DNA from: Octopus sinensis
Lineage: Eukaryota
NCBI RefSeq assembly: GCF_006345805.1
Contig: NC_043003.1
Coordinates: 10,850,001 to 10,914,000, forward strand
DNA length: 64,000 bases
Direction of reading: 5' to 3'
The notes beneath the pieces were generated by a model. That model worked only from the letters and a program-made list of their open reading frames with translations, was not told the origin of the DNA and searched no databases. Below, piece by piece: positions 1 to 12,857 of the stretch. The translations under genes and the position numbers were made by a program. The first letter of the stretch is position 1; the number at the start of each line of letters is the position of its first letter.

Positions 1-1591
1 CCTTACTGATATATAAAATACAACAATTAGCCATCATTTTTGATGGCACTGGGCCAGCTAGTAATAATAATGATAATGATAATAATAATTATAATAATCT
101 TTTCTACTATCAGCATAAGGCCTGAAATTTAGGGTGAGGTGACTAGTCAATTACATCAACCCAAGTGTATTACTGGTACTTAATTTATTGATCCGCAAAA
201 AAGTCAACCTCGGCAGAACTTGAACTCAGAATGTGCAGACAGACTAAATGCCACTAAGCATTTTGCCCAGCATGCTAATGATTCTGCCAGCTCACAACCT
301 TAATAATGATGATGATGATAATAAATCTTGATATGAAATCACCATGTTGCGCACATATGGTTGTGATGCATGTGCCTGGTGTACCCTTATTAGACGGGTA
401 GTCATGATGGGTATACTGGGCTTCGTATATTTTACCCCAGTGTCACTTTGATGGCATGACCTGCTCTCTCACTCAATAATAATAATAATATATATATATA
501 AATTATAATGAAGCATAAGGAAGCAGAAAAGCATCAACCTGCTAGAAATGCAGACTTATTCTTTGTAAGCCTAGTACTTATTCTATCAGTCTCATTTGCC
601 GAACCGCTAAGTTACAGGAACGTAAACACACCAACATCAGTTGTCAAGCGATGGTAGGGGGACAAACACAGACACACAAACACATATATGATGGGCTTCT
701 TTCAGTTTCTGTCTGCCAAAGCCACTCACAAGGCTTTGGTTGGCCCAAGGCTATAGTAGAAGACATTTGCCCAATATGTCACACAGTGGTACTGAACCCG
801 GAACCATGTGGTTGGTAGGCAAGCTACTCACCACACAGCCACTAAAAAAAAAGATTATTAAAACTAACTAGTGAGTGTGTAGACTAGATAACAAATAAGC
901 AACATCATTGCCTCCCATTTTTTGTTATGGTTGAATTTGTTTGGGGCTGAGGGTGGTGGATTGGCAGAACTATTAAAGCATTGGACAAAATGCTGTGGTG
1001 GTATTTCTTCTGGTTCTTTACATTCTGAGTTCAAATCCAGTCAAAATCCATTGTAACTTTTTATCCCTCCGAGGTCAATAAAATGAATTACCGATCTAAG
1101 TTATGAAATTGACGGAAGCAGCAAACATCTCCTTTTAGAATTGCTGGCCTTTTGCCTAAATAAATCAAAAACCATTATTTCTGAAGAAAATATATTTCAA
1201 ACCAGAATTTGATATTGTTGTTTGTAAAACGAGAAAATATTTTGGAAGATTAAAATAGAGTTAACACACTTGGCTGAGAATTTCAAAGAGAAGGTATGAA
1301 AACAATGTTTGTGTTATGAATCTAGATTATTTGGAAATAGTTTTAACCACACTCTCTACAGGCTAGTAGAAGTAGCAGTCAACTCAGCCTCAAAAAAGAA
1401 GAAAAGATACATTGGATGACGTTTAGAGATAGATATCTGGAAAGAAGAGAAGGTTTTAGCTGAAACACGTTTGACCATAAATTTGTTCAACCAGGACTGA
1501 CCAAGGATTAACCAACAACAATTAAAACAGTTTCTTGTGTCTCAGATGCAAAAACGAAATACATTTTATACTGTAAATAAGAAAACAGACC

Positions 1592-2010
1592 GGATCTTTT
1601 CGGTTTGAACGGCAGTTTTTAACATAATTTCTAGGTAACTAAAATATTTTAAACTTCGTATACTGGTAGAATGTGTTTATAAAACATCTTTTTCTCTTGG
1701 CTTTATTGAGAAAATTCTATAGTATGTAAGATATTTGTTGGGTTTTTTTCCTTCAATTTCTGCAATTTCAACCAATCACTGACGTCTATTGAGGTAAAAT
1801 CATTCTGTGCCCTATGAATATATCGCTCGTTTAAGAAACAGATTGGGTTTATTTACATTTGTGAAGAAAAAAAGATACCCTTCCTCCCACCCCTAACCCT
1901 AACCCTAAAATAGATTGAAATGCAATAGATCGATACTAGGGTCATAATTATGGGTAACAATTTCATATGACACCGCTAGAAAAAAACTGCCGTTCAAACC
2001 GAATAGATCC
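1592..2010. mobile_element. MITE with GGATC TIRs and internal (CCCTAA)3
   Basis: ~29-bp TIR ggatct(t/a)ttcggtttgaacggcagtttttt. Internal blocks shared with 7154-7550. Confidence 0.75.
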
Positions 2011-2415
2011 AACTGGGATGCCTAATGTTTTAGGTGGAACCTTTCAGAGCAGAGACAAGAAATGGTTTCCTCTGATTCTATAGTTTTACTTTCGAAATGT
2101 CATAACACTTCTTTTACAATCGCTTTTAGTAAAAAACAAAATATAAAGTCGTTTTAATCACCAGAGCCGAACTCGTGAGGATAAGACTCTCGTGATCTCT
2201 TACAATATTATTAGTAATTAACTTATACAAGACCATATATGGTAACAGACAGGAGACAATTTAAGAATATTTAATGTTGCAGTATATGATTTAGAGCTGG
2301 GGTTCATATACGATTTTGTGCGGTCCACACAACAAAATAGTAAATTAAGGACCCACAATAGTATTTTAAGGACCTCTGAAAATTTTTGCTTTAAATGTAT
2401 GGTATGTATTGGTAT

Positions 2416-3064
2416 TGTAGGGACTTCGCTTGACCCTGCCTGAAATTTGAAACCAAATCCACCTGCTTGTTGCTTGTCAAAACAATCAGGAAATCCTTTG
2501 TTTGTATCTCATCATCAAATGGTTAATGGGAAACACCGTGCTGGTCAAGGAAAGGTCAGTCATTTGTTTAGGGTTTGACCGCTATTACTAACTATGAACA
2601 TTTCCTATCAATTCCTCTTTTGTGTCAGCAACGACCGACAGCAGCACTTTCCCTTTGCCCTTCGCTCGACACACGAAGAGAAACTTTCGGCCGCAAGAAA
2701 GAATATGTCACCTTTATCCTTTCATTTTTTTTTTGTCAGCACTGAGCATTCTTTACTCTTTCACTCGCTACTGACAACTTCTACTCTATCAACTACCGCC
2801 CAGCGAGCGAACTTGTCATTGTCACTACAATTACTGCTGTACTTATTCTATCAGATTCTTAACTACCTGTCGAGCAAACGAATAAATATATGTAAATAAT
2901 ATTTTTTCCTTCTTGGTGTTGATTCTGCGATGTTTACAGGTTACTCCGACTCGAGAACCTTCAAGCGTTACATCTACACGCTACATTCGATAGTCGTCTA
3001 CATCATATCGACATGGTTATGGCACATTACGTTCTGTCACAATTGGTGACCCTCAGCCGCTACA
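2416..3064 (+). mobile_element. Solo LTR (~650 bp, Gypsy-like), copy 1
   Basis: TGTA...TACA termini, 4-bp TSD gtat/gttt, diverged homolog of 16149-16799. Confidence 0.7.
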
Positions 3065-3334
3065 GTTTGTATTGCAAGAAATAGCTAGGTTTCTTTCTCT
3101 AGCAGTTTAGATAGTCCAACTTAGGCATGTTAATACGTGAAAAACAAAATAGGAATGTTGAAAGTATCTATAAAATTAGTTTTGGAACATCGAATGGCTA
3201 TGAGGTTTACTTGAATAAAATAATCCTTAAATAAAAAATGGATGAGAGTCCCTGATTTAGTGCCACACTTTTCAGATCTTTTGGATTTCTGAACATCAGA
3301 GGGAAACATTAAATTCATGGAGAGTATTTATAGT

Positions 3335-3708
3335 AAACTAGCAGTATCGTCCGGCGTTGCTCTGGTTTGTAAGGGAAATAACTATAAAGCATTTTTAGAG
3401 AGTTATAGCCAAAAAATGGAAAAAATGATGGTAACTTTTTTTTGAGAGTAAAAAAGGTGGAGTTGCGTCCCCTAGACAGTTTGCGGTTTGTGTTTCTGAT
3501 TCTCGACCCCATGTCGAATTTATCGATTTTTTTCAGAACTGGGGGAACTTTTCAAAATTTTCGCTGCGTTAGTTTTGAATTATGACATTGGGCTATGTGT
3601 GTGTCAAGTTTCATCAGAATCGGTTGAAAGCCGTGGTCAGGGTGAGGGTACAAGCAAACAGACACACAGAAACACGCACAGACAAACTGCCGTTTATATA
3701 TAGAGAGA
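3335..3708 (+). mobile_element. Helitron-like non-autonomous repeat (related copy ~39918-40303, minus strand)
   Basis: Shared end actagcagtatcg(t/c)ccggcgttgctc; other end aagtttcatcagaatcgg...acagacaaactg...tatatatagagag, typical of invertebrate Helitron-like repeats. The classification is inference. Confidence 0.45.
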
Positions 3709-4819
3709 AGAGATTATTGAACTAAATGTAATACGGAAGAGTAAGAGATGTACAAAAACATACGCACGCAAAGCAATAAAAAAAAGCCCACAAAAGTAAT
3801 TGATAAAAATAATTGGAATATTCTGGTAAACTAAGAGTCATTCAAACTTATATAAAGTGAACAAGAAAGAAAATTGAAATAGTTTATGAAAGAAATCATA
3901 AAATATGTGCAGTTTTCCTCGAAGTGCCATTCCCGGGGCCGTCTTTGAGAACTGAGCCTTACTGTATGTATTTATTGATAACAAGGCACAGCATACATAG
4001 ATCAGAATTGAAACCCTAGAATCGCGAGGACTCCAAGCAACTACCCCTTCCTTGTGGGGGAAAAGAACAGGTTGTTTTTAATTATATTTGTATTTTGATC
4101 GCCTTGTATTTTAATATTCTTTACTATCGAAAGATCGCCGTTTTAAGCCTTAAGATTAAAAATACCAATTCAACATAAGTTGGAAGTATACGTGAATTTA
4201 TGAAATTAAACGTTATTACAATTCGTCTCCGGTTCTAAAAAACGATTCCCCATCCCTACAGTTAAAAATAGCAGTCAAAGTTCCTTCATATCACATTCTA
4301 ACGTCTTAAACAAGGACTGGACATTCCAAATAACAAAGCCCCAGATAACCCTGAAAAAAAAAAACAGGATGGCCACAGCTGGAAAGTGTCTGAGCACGGG
4401 TTTGCTCCTTCTAAACATCAACAACATGCAGGGTGCTGGGAAAAGTAAAGTATATCACAACGTAGATGTGATACTAAATATCTAAGTTTTGTTATTATCA
4501 TTCTGCGAGCTGGCGGAATCGCTAGCATGCCGGACAAAATGCTTAGCGGCATTTCATCCGTGTTTAGTTCTGTGTTCAAACTCCACCGAGCTTGCTTTTG
4601 CCTTTCATCCCTTTGAAGGTTGATAAAATAAATTACTAGTTCAACTCGATTTCCCAATAACCAAATTTCTTTCAAGCCTCGTGTTTATAGTAAGTAAAAA
4701 TAATTGTTATTGTTGTTACCACTGAGTGTATAATTAATGGAGCAAATTAATTTAATTACAGCCAAAAATGTATGATGAATGTGCGTGGGTTGCGAGTGCA
4801 CGAGTAGTTTTATACTCAC

Positions 4820-4900
4820 GCGATTATCGGCCGTTCTCCGCTTTGATGGTTGTTTATACGGAATGTGTTGTTGATGCGTTGCTATGGAGACCACCCTCAA
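4820..4900 (-). promoter_or_regulatory. Candidate non-coding first exon and RFX X-box of a minus-strand gene
   Basis: GTTGCTATGGAGAC (4878-4891) fits the X-box consensus RTHNYYWTRRNRAC. Minus-strand donor gc|GTGAGT starts at 4819. Unique, CpG-rich context. Confidence 0.4.
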
Positions 4901-4982
4901 CAAACCAGCGTCAAGTTACTTAGACAATTTCATAACATGTTGCGTTGCTAATTGTGTGCGTGTGTGTGTGGAGAGAGAGCAT

Positions 4983-5291
4983 GGGTACTACTAGCGAACA
5001 TTGGTCCCGGTGCGCGCAGTCGCGCATCCGCGCTAACTAGTCGTTATTAGTCGATCCTACAACGACTTGCGCGTATGTCTGTATTTCAAGGCTGAATAAC
5101 ATATCAAAGGAAATTAAATAATATTTTTCGAACAAAGTAAATAAAAAGCAAAGTAAATAGTTTTTTAAACTAAGTAAATAAATTATTTTTATAAGGTTAG
5201 GGTTAGGGTTAAAAAGTCGTTGTAGGATCGACTACTTACGACTAGCTAGCGCGAGTGCGCGCACCGGGACCGCTGTTCGCTTGTAGTACCC
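4983..5291. mobile_element. Long-TIR MITE with internal TTAGGG tract
   Basis: gggtactac...gtagtaccc with ~100-bp imperfect inverted arms (ggtcccggtgcgcgc / gcgcgcaccgggacc). Confidence 0.75.
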
Positions 5292-5711
5292 GGCTAGTGT
5301 TTCCTACTGTAAGCACAAGGCCTGAAATTTGTGGAGAGGGAGCTAGTCAATTAGATCGACCTCAGTACGCAACTGGTACTTAATTTATCGACCCCGAAAG
5401 GGATGAAAGGCAAAGTCGACCTCAACGTAATTTGAACTCTGAACGTAAAGACAGATGAAATGCCGATAAGCATTTCGCCCGGCACGCTAACGTTTCTGCC
5501 AGTTTGCCGCCTCATGTACGGCTAGTGTTTGCGTGGATGTATATATTCGTGTATAAGTTACATGCAGGAATGAGTGTGTGTACGAAAGTGTCCATAATAT
5601 TGAATTTTCAAAGACATGTAAAAGTAGTCTTAACCCTATCGCGGTCACTGAAGGAAAATTAAGCATAAATCGTGTATAATATTCTGGACTGACTCAAACG
5701 GAATAATGTCA

Positions 5712-5996
5712 GGTACTATTTAAGAAGAGTGGTCCCGGTGCGCACACTCGCGTAAAAAATCTACCGGTCAAAGTGAAAAGATCCGTGTTTTTGTGTTTTA
5801 TTTACTTTGTTTTAAAAAAATTATTTGTGTAAAAAAATTATTTGTTTTTGTGTGACTAGTCGATCCTACAACGACTACCTAGCAAAGTAAATAAAACACA
5901 AAAACACAAAGTAAGGATCGACTAGTCACGACTAGCTAGCGCAGATGCGCGAGTATGCGAGTGCGCGCACCGGGATCACTCTTCTTAAATAGTACC
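5712..5996. mobile_element. Mutator-like MITE with 9-bp TSD
   Basis: TIR ggtactatttaagaagagtg. Perfect TSD ataatgtca at 5703-5711 and 5997-6005. Confidence 0.85.
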
Positions 5997-7153
5997 ATAA
6001 TGTCAGAGGTGTCTTCCCCATCCAACTTTTTTCCGCATAATTTTCTCAAAAATGGATATTTTTAATGAAATTTTCTTCAAATACCTTTCACATGGGGTAG
6101 ATAACGATTATATCGGAATCTATTGTGAAAATGCTTTTCAGAAGTGGGTGAAACGAGTTTCGGATCAGTCACACGCTTCGACTTTGATTCCTCATACGTT
6201 TTAATGATGTATATTACTATTATGTTGGGGGAAAAAATTACTTTTGAGAACTCTTCCATTCTTTTTCCTTTCTTAAATTTATTAAATGAATACTTTTTTT
6301 CTTAATGGACTTTTCCAGGTCTATAACAATAGCAAACAGCTACACCAACAAATTCATCTATGATAATTTTTTCCCCAAAATTATGCCGATTTCTGGAAAT
6401 TTTCATTACTTCAAAATATTAATTTAGCAAATTCCGGAAGAGAAAGGATGAAAAGGTCCTTGAGAGTTCCTTTTTTTTTTACCATAACTGAAATCTACTT
6501 GAAAACATGAGGAAAAAGGCGTGAAATATCCGTCCCCTGCTTCTTTATTTATTTTTTTTTTTGTAAATCTGATAAACCAAGTGATCGTCCGTGTCAGCAA
6601 ACCCCTTTGATCTCCTTTTTAAATGTCCACGTTAAAAACATGAGACGCATAGGAGACTATTGAAGTATATCTAAATTCACCTTATTCTTTCATCAATTAT
6701 AATAGCACTAGCTGACCCCGTGCCGTCAAAAATTACAGCTAATTGTAGTATATTTTATATAAATATGGATGGTAAATCAAATTAATACACTTGTCAATGT
6801 TCGCATACATTCACATACTTCCCTTGTGCACGCACACACATACACATATATTCACACAGAGTTGAAATGCTGTTTGATTTTTCTTTTCAGCATTGAATGT
6901 TCACCATCCCACCAGTTTGCCATCACCCCTTCCTTAATTATTTATCTATCACCCCTCCCTTTCTCATTCATATGTTGTGACGGAGAAAAACAATATTATT
7001 ATTAAAATAAATGGTATATGATGGTGTAATGCGTCATATATGACACACACTCCTCTATTTTTCATTTATTTCAACCAATAGAGTAACTTGGGACTTATGA
7101 AGAGAAAGCTTTATATTATACGGAACTTACGAAACAAGGCCTAACTAAAAGTT

Positions 7154-7550
7154 GGATCTTTACCTTTTGACCGACAGATTTAAAAAATAATTTTTTGTAA
7201 CTAAACAGTTTCAAACTGCGGACACTGGTAGAATGTGCTATATAAAACATCTTTTACTCTTGGCATTTTTGAGAAAAGCTTATATTTAGGAAGTTATTTC
7301 ATGTTAAAGTTCTCGTATTTCGGTAATTTCAACCAATCAATGACATGTATTCAACTGAATAAAATTACTGCTGTTGTTTGTTAACAACAACTATCGGCGG
7401 TGTATTTTTCGTTTGTCACTGTTATTTATGACATCGTTCGTGTGTTTGTACTGGTTTTAGCTTTAAGGTTTTAGGGTTAGGGTTAGGGTTTGAAAGTGTT
7501 TAGTTGCAAAAAATTATTTTTTAAATCTGTAGGTCAAAAGGTAAAGATCC
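7154..7550. mobile_element. MITE with GGATC TIRs, (TTAGGG)3 and 8-9 bp TSD
   Basis: TIR ggatctttaccttttgacc.acagatttaaaaaataattttttg. TSD taaaagtt at 7146-7153 and 7551-7558. Confidence 0.85.
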
Positions 7551-8277
7551 TAAAAGTTTGAAAACAAGCATGGACGTTTAGGGCAAACTTATGAAGATGT
7601 TTTCGACAGGCAAAGGGAGCAGTTATTTATGCTGAACAAATGTTTACTATATAATTTGTACCTGCACACACAGATGATATGTAGCTTATTGAACTGAATT
7701 GAGTAAATATTTTCTGCAAACCAACAGTGGAATGAAACGCAATGTTGAAACTGACTGGCTGGATTTGAACTCGGTCATTAATCAAAGAAAGCAATGTCTT
7801 GTGCGCGAGTGATTCTGCCAGCCCACCGCCTTAATATACCCATATTACTATGTCAATCTTTATCAATAACAGCAACAATCGTCAGTCTATTTTGCTAAAT
7901 GTAATATAGCGGTGATTTGAAACAGCTGTTAGATAACGGTTCATGCATCACGGGCAAACCACAATACTTTCACGCGATCGGTCTGTTAAGCAACTAATTA
8001 GCGTTAAGCCATTGCGTGATTCAATCTTTTCAAATCTTCTTCTTCTGCCCTATAAAAAGGTCACTTTTTGGAGTAATTGCAGAATACTGAGGCAGCTGCG
8101 CGTTGTGTCTCCATTCTCGCTACAACCACATGTTTTATGTGACACATTCTACCAGTGTCCGAAGTTTGAAAGTGGTTAGTTACAAAAAATTATTTTAAAA
8201 ATCTGTAGGTCAAAAGGTAAAGATCGCACGCTGAAGGCTAAGAAGATGGCGACCGCGCGCTAAAACTAATTTCACGC

Positions 8278-9030
8278 AACCTTAGAAAGAAATGACCTTT
8301 ATACGTTGTACAAATAGTAAGTTGAGAAGTACAAACATCCTAGTTTGTGTAGTTTAACAAATATCCTTTTAATGCAAAATAGCTATATCAGCAGTTTTTG
8401 ATAATGCTATCCTTGACACGTATTGTTTTACGTAACAGGCATTATTCTGTATGAAATAACAGTTGCAAGGTAAGTTTTGTCGGAAACAAAATGTAGGCCA
8501 AATGCGTGTTGCCTGGATCTTTTATTCAACTGCCTTCGTTCTGCGGATTCACGTCATACAATGTCACTTCTTTGATAAATGAAATAAAAATTACACTTTG
8601 CGAAAATGACGTAAGGGAAACGTTTTTGCTTTCTTCAATGGTTACTTTCTTTCCTATCTTTTATAGGTTGAAAGATATCTTTCATTCGTTTCTTTACTGG
8701 AATTTTTGCAGTAAAATGTCTTACGTGTCCCATTCATCTGACAGCATATGAACCGAACAAAGGAGCCATTATGTGATCGCTTGGCCTGCTAGAAAGAACA
8801 GCTAAAATGTTGCCCTTCAAATAACCTGAAGTATCAAGACGGGAAAATGCACACTTAACAACGCAAACCCTCATCTAATATAATAAATTCGAAAACTAAT
8901 TTCTGTGTGTCAGTGTGTCACACTTAGACCCCCTCCCTTCTCTCACTATTCAGTGACAATTCTACTATTCCTCATGGTGGGGTGAGAGTAATAGTAGGCA
9001 TAGAGATGGCGAGAGCGGTGGCGAAGACAA
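8278..9030 (+). repeat. Dispersed ~750-bp direct duplication (partner ~11776-12520; partial third copy ~9033-9195)
   Basis: Shared 81-aa spurious ORFs (8506 and 12003) and colinear nucleotide similarity. Confidence 0.85.
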
Positions 9031-9732
9031 ATCGCTTGGCCTGCTAGAATGAACAGCTAAAATTTTGCCCTTCAAATAACCTGAAGTATCAAGAAGAGGG
9101 AAAAGGCACATTTAACAATGCAAACCCTCATCTAATATAATAAATGCGAAAACTAATTTCTGTGTGTCAGTGTGTCACACTTAGACCCCCTCTCTCGCTA
9201 ATGTAGCACTACATATTTTCACTCATTAACTCGACCAGTCGTCATCTCAGGCTCACGACAGCAGTAAAGCTCCACTCAATCATTTTAGTTTTAGAACTTA
9301 AACACTGAAGTTCGCATTTCAAGGAAAGCTACCTGCTACAGTTGTTTTAATATTCGCTTCAAAAACATATCTAATTCATATGCGTTAAAAATTGTGCCGC
9401 GTTTTGTAGCTTCCTTGTTTGATAAGCTGAAGAAAACAACAATACCAGCTTTGTTGGGTCTTTATCTTCATGGTGTGCAATTTTGTGCAATTCTAAAAAC
9501 GCTCAGACCAAGCATAACTCGACGTAAAGTTTTCACTTTCAACATTAAAACATTAGTAAGCCGTTTGTTTTAATTTATTTATATCATTAAATAAATTTCA
9601 AAATTTCATCCGTATGGCAGTTAGCAAAAGAAGAGAGTTATTCTGAGAAACGTCTAACTCCCACGTTTTCCCATTATGTCACTTCCTGGTTAATTTTGTA
9701 GCAACTAAAGGTGTTCCATTTTTTCTGTAGCA

Positions 9733-10255
9733 TGTCGTAAGTTGTGTGCTGTTGGTTGGACTGAGGTGATGACTAGCTGAGTTGGTGATTAAAAATGTAT
9801 TTATTGGGCTACAGGAAGAAATAACTGACAATACTTGCAAACAATTAACAGAAGATTTTATTGCCGCAATCTGTTTTCTGTTGGTCTTTTACAAATAACA
9901 GCAATAGTTACACACTGGGAGATAATGTGCTTGGAGATTACAAGCTTACTGATACAGCAATCTGTGGCTGACTCATCATAACAGGAAACAATTGTGCTAT
10001 ATTCGTGGCGATGGACATTTCTGCAGAGTATCTGCCATGTGTCGTAACCGTCTGGCTGTGGCGAGAATGGAGACACAACACGCAATTGCCTCGACATTCT
10101 GCAATTACCGCCAAAAGGGGCATTTTTATAGGGCACAAAGAGAAGATTCTAGAAGAATGAATCATGTGATGACTTGACGCTGATTGCTTTGTCTATTAGA
10201 CCGATCGCGTGAAAGTATAGTGGTTTGATCGTGATGTCTAACTGGTTACCTAACA
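9733..10255 (-). mobile_element. LTR-like repeat, family B (other copies 7927-~8140 + and ~10544-11000 +)
   Basis: TG...CA termini on the minus strand, TATA-like element and AATAAA. Three mutually similar copies. No matching TSD found. Confidence 0.5.
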
Positions 10256-12857
10256 GTTCGGTTTGGAATCACTACTATATGCACAAGCTCTAATCTTCCC
10301 CTCCCCACATTACTGAGAATTGTTCGCCCAATTCATACTGCCCAAGTTCATGCAGCGGTAAATAAGTTCTAGTAATAACTGGAAAGTTAACCCTGCGACT
10401 GACTGGCGTTCCATCCAGTGGGAGTGATGTTTTCTCAGTCACTTATATACCAAGAAAACCAAGCTTAGCTCTTGCTTTATGAGTCCTAGGACTTATGACA
10501 GATCTATGATTGAAGATAGTGTAGCAGTGATTCGAAAGCGAACTGCAAGGTAACCGGTCAGGCATCACGACCTAGCCACACTATTTCACGTGAGCGGCCT
10601 ATTAGGCAACAAATCAGCGTCAAGCCATCGCGTGGTTCAATTTTCTAAATTCTTCTTCTTGCACCCTATATAAAGCCGCTTTTAACACCTTAACTCTTTG
10701 CAGAGGGTTGAGAGCGGTCGAACCATTCACGTCTCACCTCTTGTCAGGCAGATGTTGAGGCAGCTGAGCGATGTGTCTCTTTACTTACCATCGTCAGACG
10801 AGTCAGGAAAACCGTTGAAACAGATGGCAGATAGACGAAAAGAATCTCCACCGCCAAGAATACAGCATAATTATTTCCAGCTATGTCGGACCAGCTAAAT
10901 GTCGCTGTTTCAGTAAGCTTGCTGTAAACTCCAAGCAGTATATCTCTCGCATTATGTAATTATTAATGCTGTTATTTGTAAAAGACCAACGCATATTTTA
11001 TGTGCAGTCATTAACATCTGTTAAATGTCGGTCATTAGCTAAAACACAAGGGACACATTTGAGACAAAAGAAAAGTTACTTATGAAGGACTTACAATAAA
11101 TTAATAATGTTCCTGCTTATTTATTTTCACTCTTTATTCATTGTTTCTTTTACATTTGTCCGAGCTCATTTTACGTGACAATAGTGAAATAAAAAGTCGA
11201 ATAATTAGTTTATTTATCCATTGCTTTGCCGAAGGCAGCGAGCTGACAGAAGTGTTAACACGCCGGATTAACAGCTAAGGGACATTTTTTTCGGCCTCTG
11301 AGTTGAAATTTCTCCAAGGTCGACTTTGCCTTTCATTTATTTTTTTTCGGAAGTTGATAAAATAAAATAACTGCTCAAATGTTGGATTTTCCTAAAAATT
11401 TTCAGGTCGTATTCCAAGAGTAGAAAGAATTATTTTACTGAGAGCGGTGAGCTGGCAGAATCGTTAGCGTGCCGGATAAAACGTTAAGCAGCATTTCTTC
11501 CGGTTTCACTTTCGGAGTTAAAATTCTGCCAGCGTTGTCTATGCTTTTCGATAGATTAAGTACCTATCAAGTACTAGGTTGATGTAATCGACTGGCTTTC
11601 CTCTCCATACAATTGCTAGCCTTGCGCCAAAATTAGAAAGAACCATTATTTTACTGACTTGAACAACGTAACATAAGGAAGAAAGGAAAAATAAAATCCA
11701 ACAACAAATTTAGCGACAGATATAATTTATGAATAATATATTTCATGATATTTATTCTTATTCTATTTCTCATCAACCTTAGAAAGAAGTGACGTTATAC
11801 GTTGTACAAATAAAAAGTTGCAAAGTACAAACACCATAGTTTTGTGTAGTTTAACAAATATCCTTTTAATGCAAAATAGCTACATCAGCAGTTTTTGATA
11901 ATGCTATCCTTGACACGTATTGTTTTATGTAACAGGCATTATTCTGTATGAAAGAACAGTTGCAAGGCAAGTTTTGTCGGAAACAAAATGTAGGCCAAAT
12001 GCGTGTTGCCTGGATCTTTTATTCAACTGCCTTCGTTCTGCGGATTCACGTCATACAATGTCACTTCTTTGATAAATGAAATAAAAATTACACTTTGCGA
12101 AAATGACGTAAGGGAAACGTTTTTGCTTTCTTCAATGGTTACTTTCTTTTCTATCTTTTATAGGTTGAAAGATATCTTTCATTCGTTTCTTTACTGGAAT
12201 TTTTGCAGTAAAATGTCTTACGTGTCCCATTCATCTGACAGTATATGAGTCGAACAAAGGAGCCATTATTTGATCGTTTGGCATGCTAGAAAAAACAGCT
12301 AAAATTTTGCCCTTCAAATAACCTGAAGTATGAAGAGGGAAAAGGCACATTTAACAATGCAAACCCTCATCTAATATAATAAATGCGAAAACTAATTTCT
12401 GTGTGTCAGTGTGTCACACTTAGACCCCCTCCCCTCTCTCACTATTCAGTGACAATCCTACTATTCCTCATGATGGGGTGAAAGTAATCGTAGGCATAGA
12501 GATGGTGAGGGCGGTGGCGATGACAGACAGAGAATGAGAGAGAAAGAAAAAGAGGGAGAGAAAGAGAGACAAAGAATTTTAGGGAGAGTTGATGTTTTAT
12601 TAAAAGTAATAATGTTGATAGTGACAATGGGAGTAATTATAAGAGAGAGAGAAAGAGTGGATATGTGCCCACCCTAAGAGAGGTCACCATCCTTGAACTC
12701 CTGTCTCATGCCAGTAGCTATTGTAAAAAAACATCCCAAATTGAAAAGAAATCCCTCCCTCTCCCTCTCTCTACCTATCTATCTACCTACCTACCTACTT
12801 ACCTATCTATCTAGCTAGCAACCTATCTATCTCTATGGTGGTGGTAGCCAGGGCACT

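Noticed and set aside
3044-3052. TGGTGACCC resembling a tRNA-Trp primer-binding site
   Set aside because: It lies inside the LTR; the TACA end at 3064 and the TSD define a solo LTR, and the second copy lacks the motif.
1891-7488. Interstitial telomere or chromosome-fusion scar
   Set aside because: Only 2-3 units each, all inside TIR elements.
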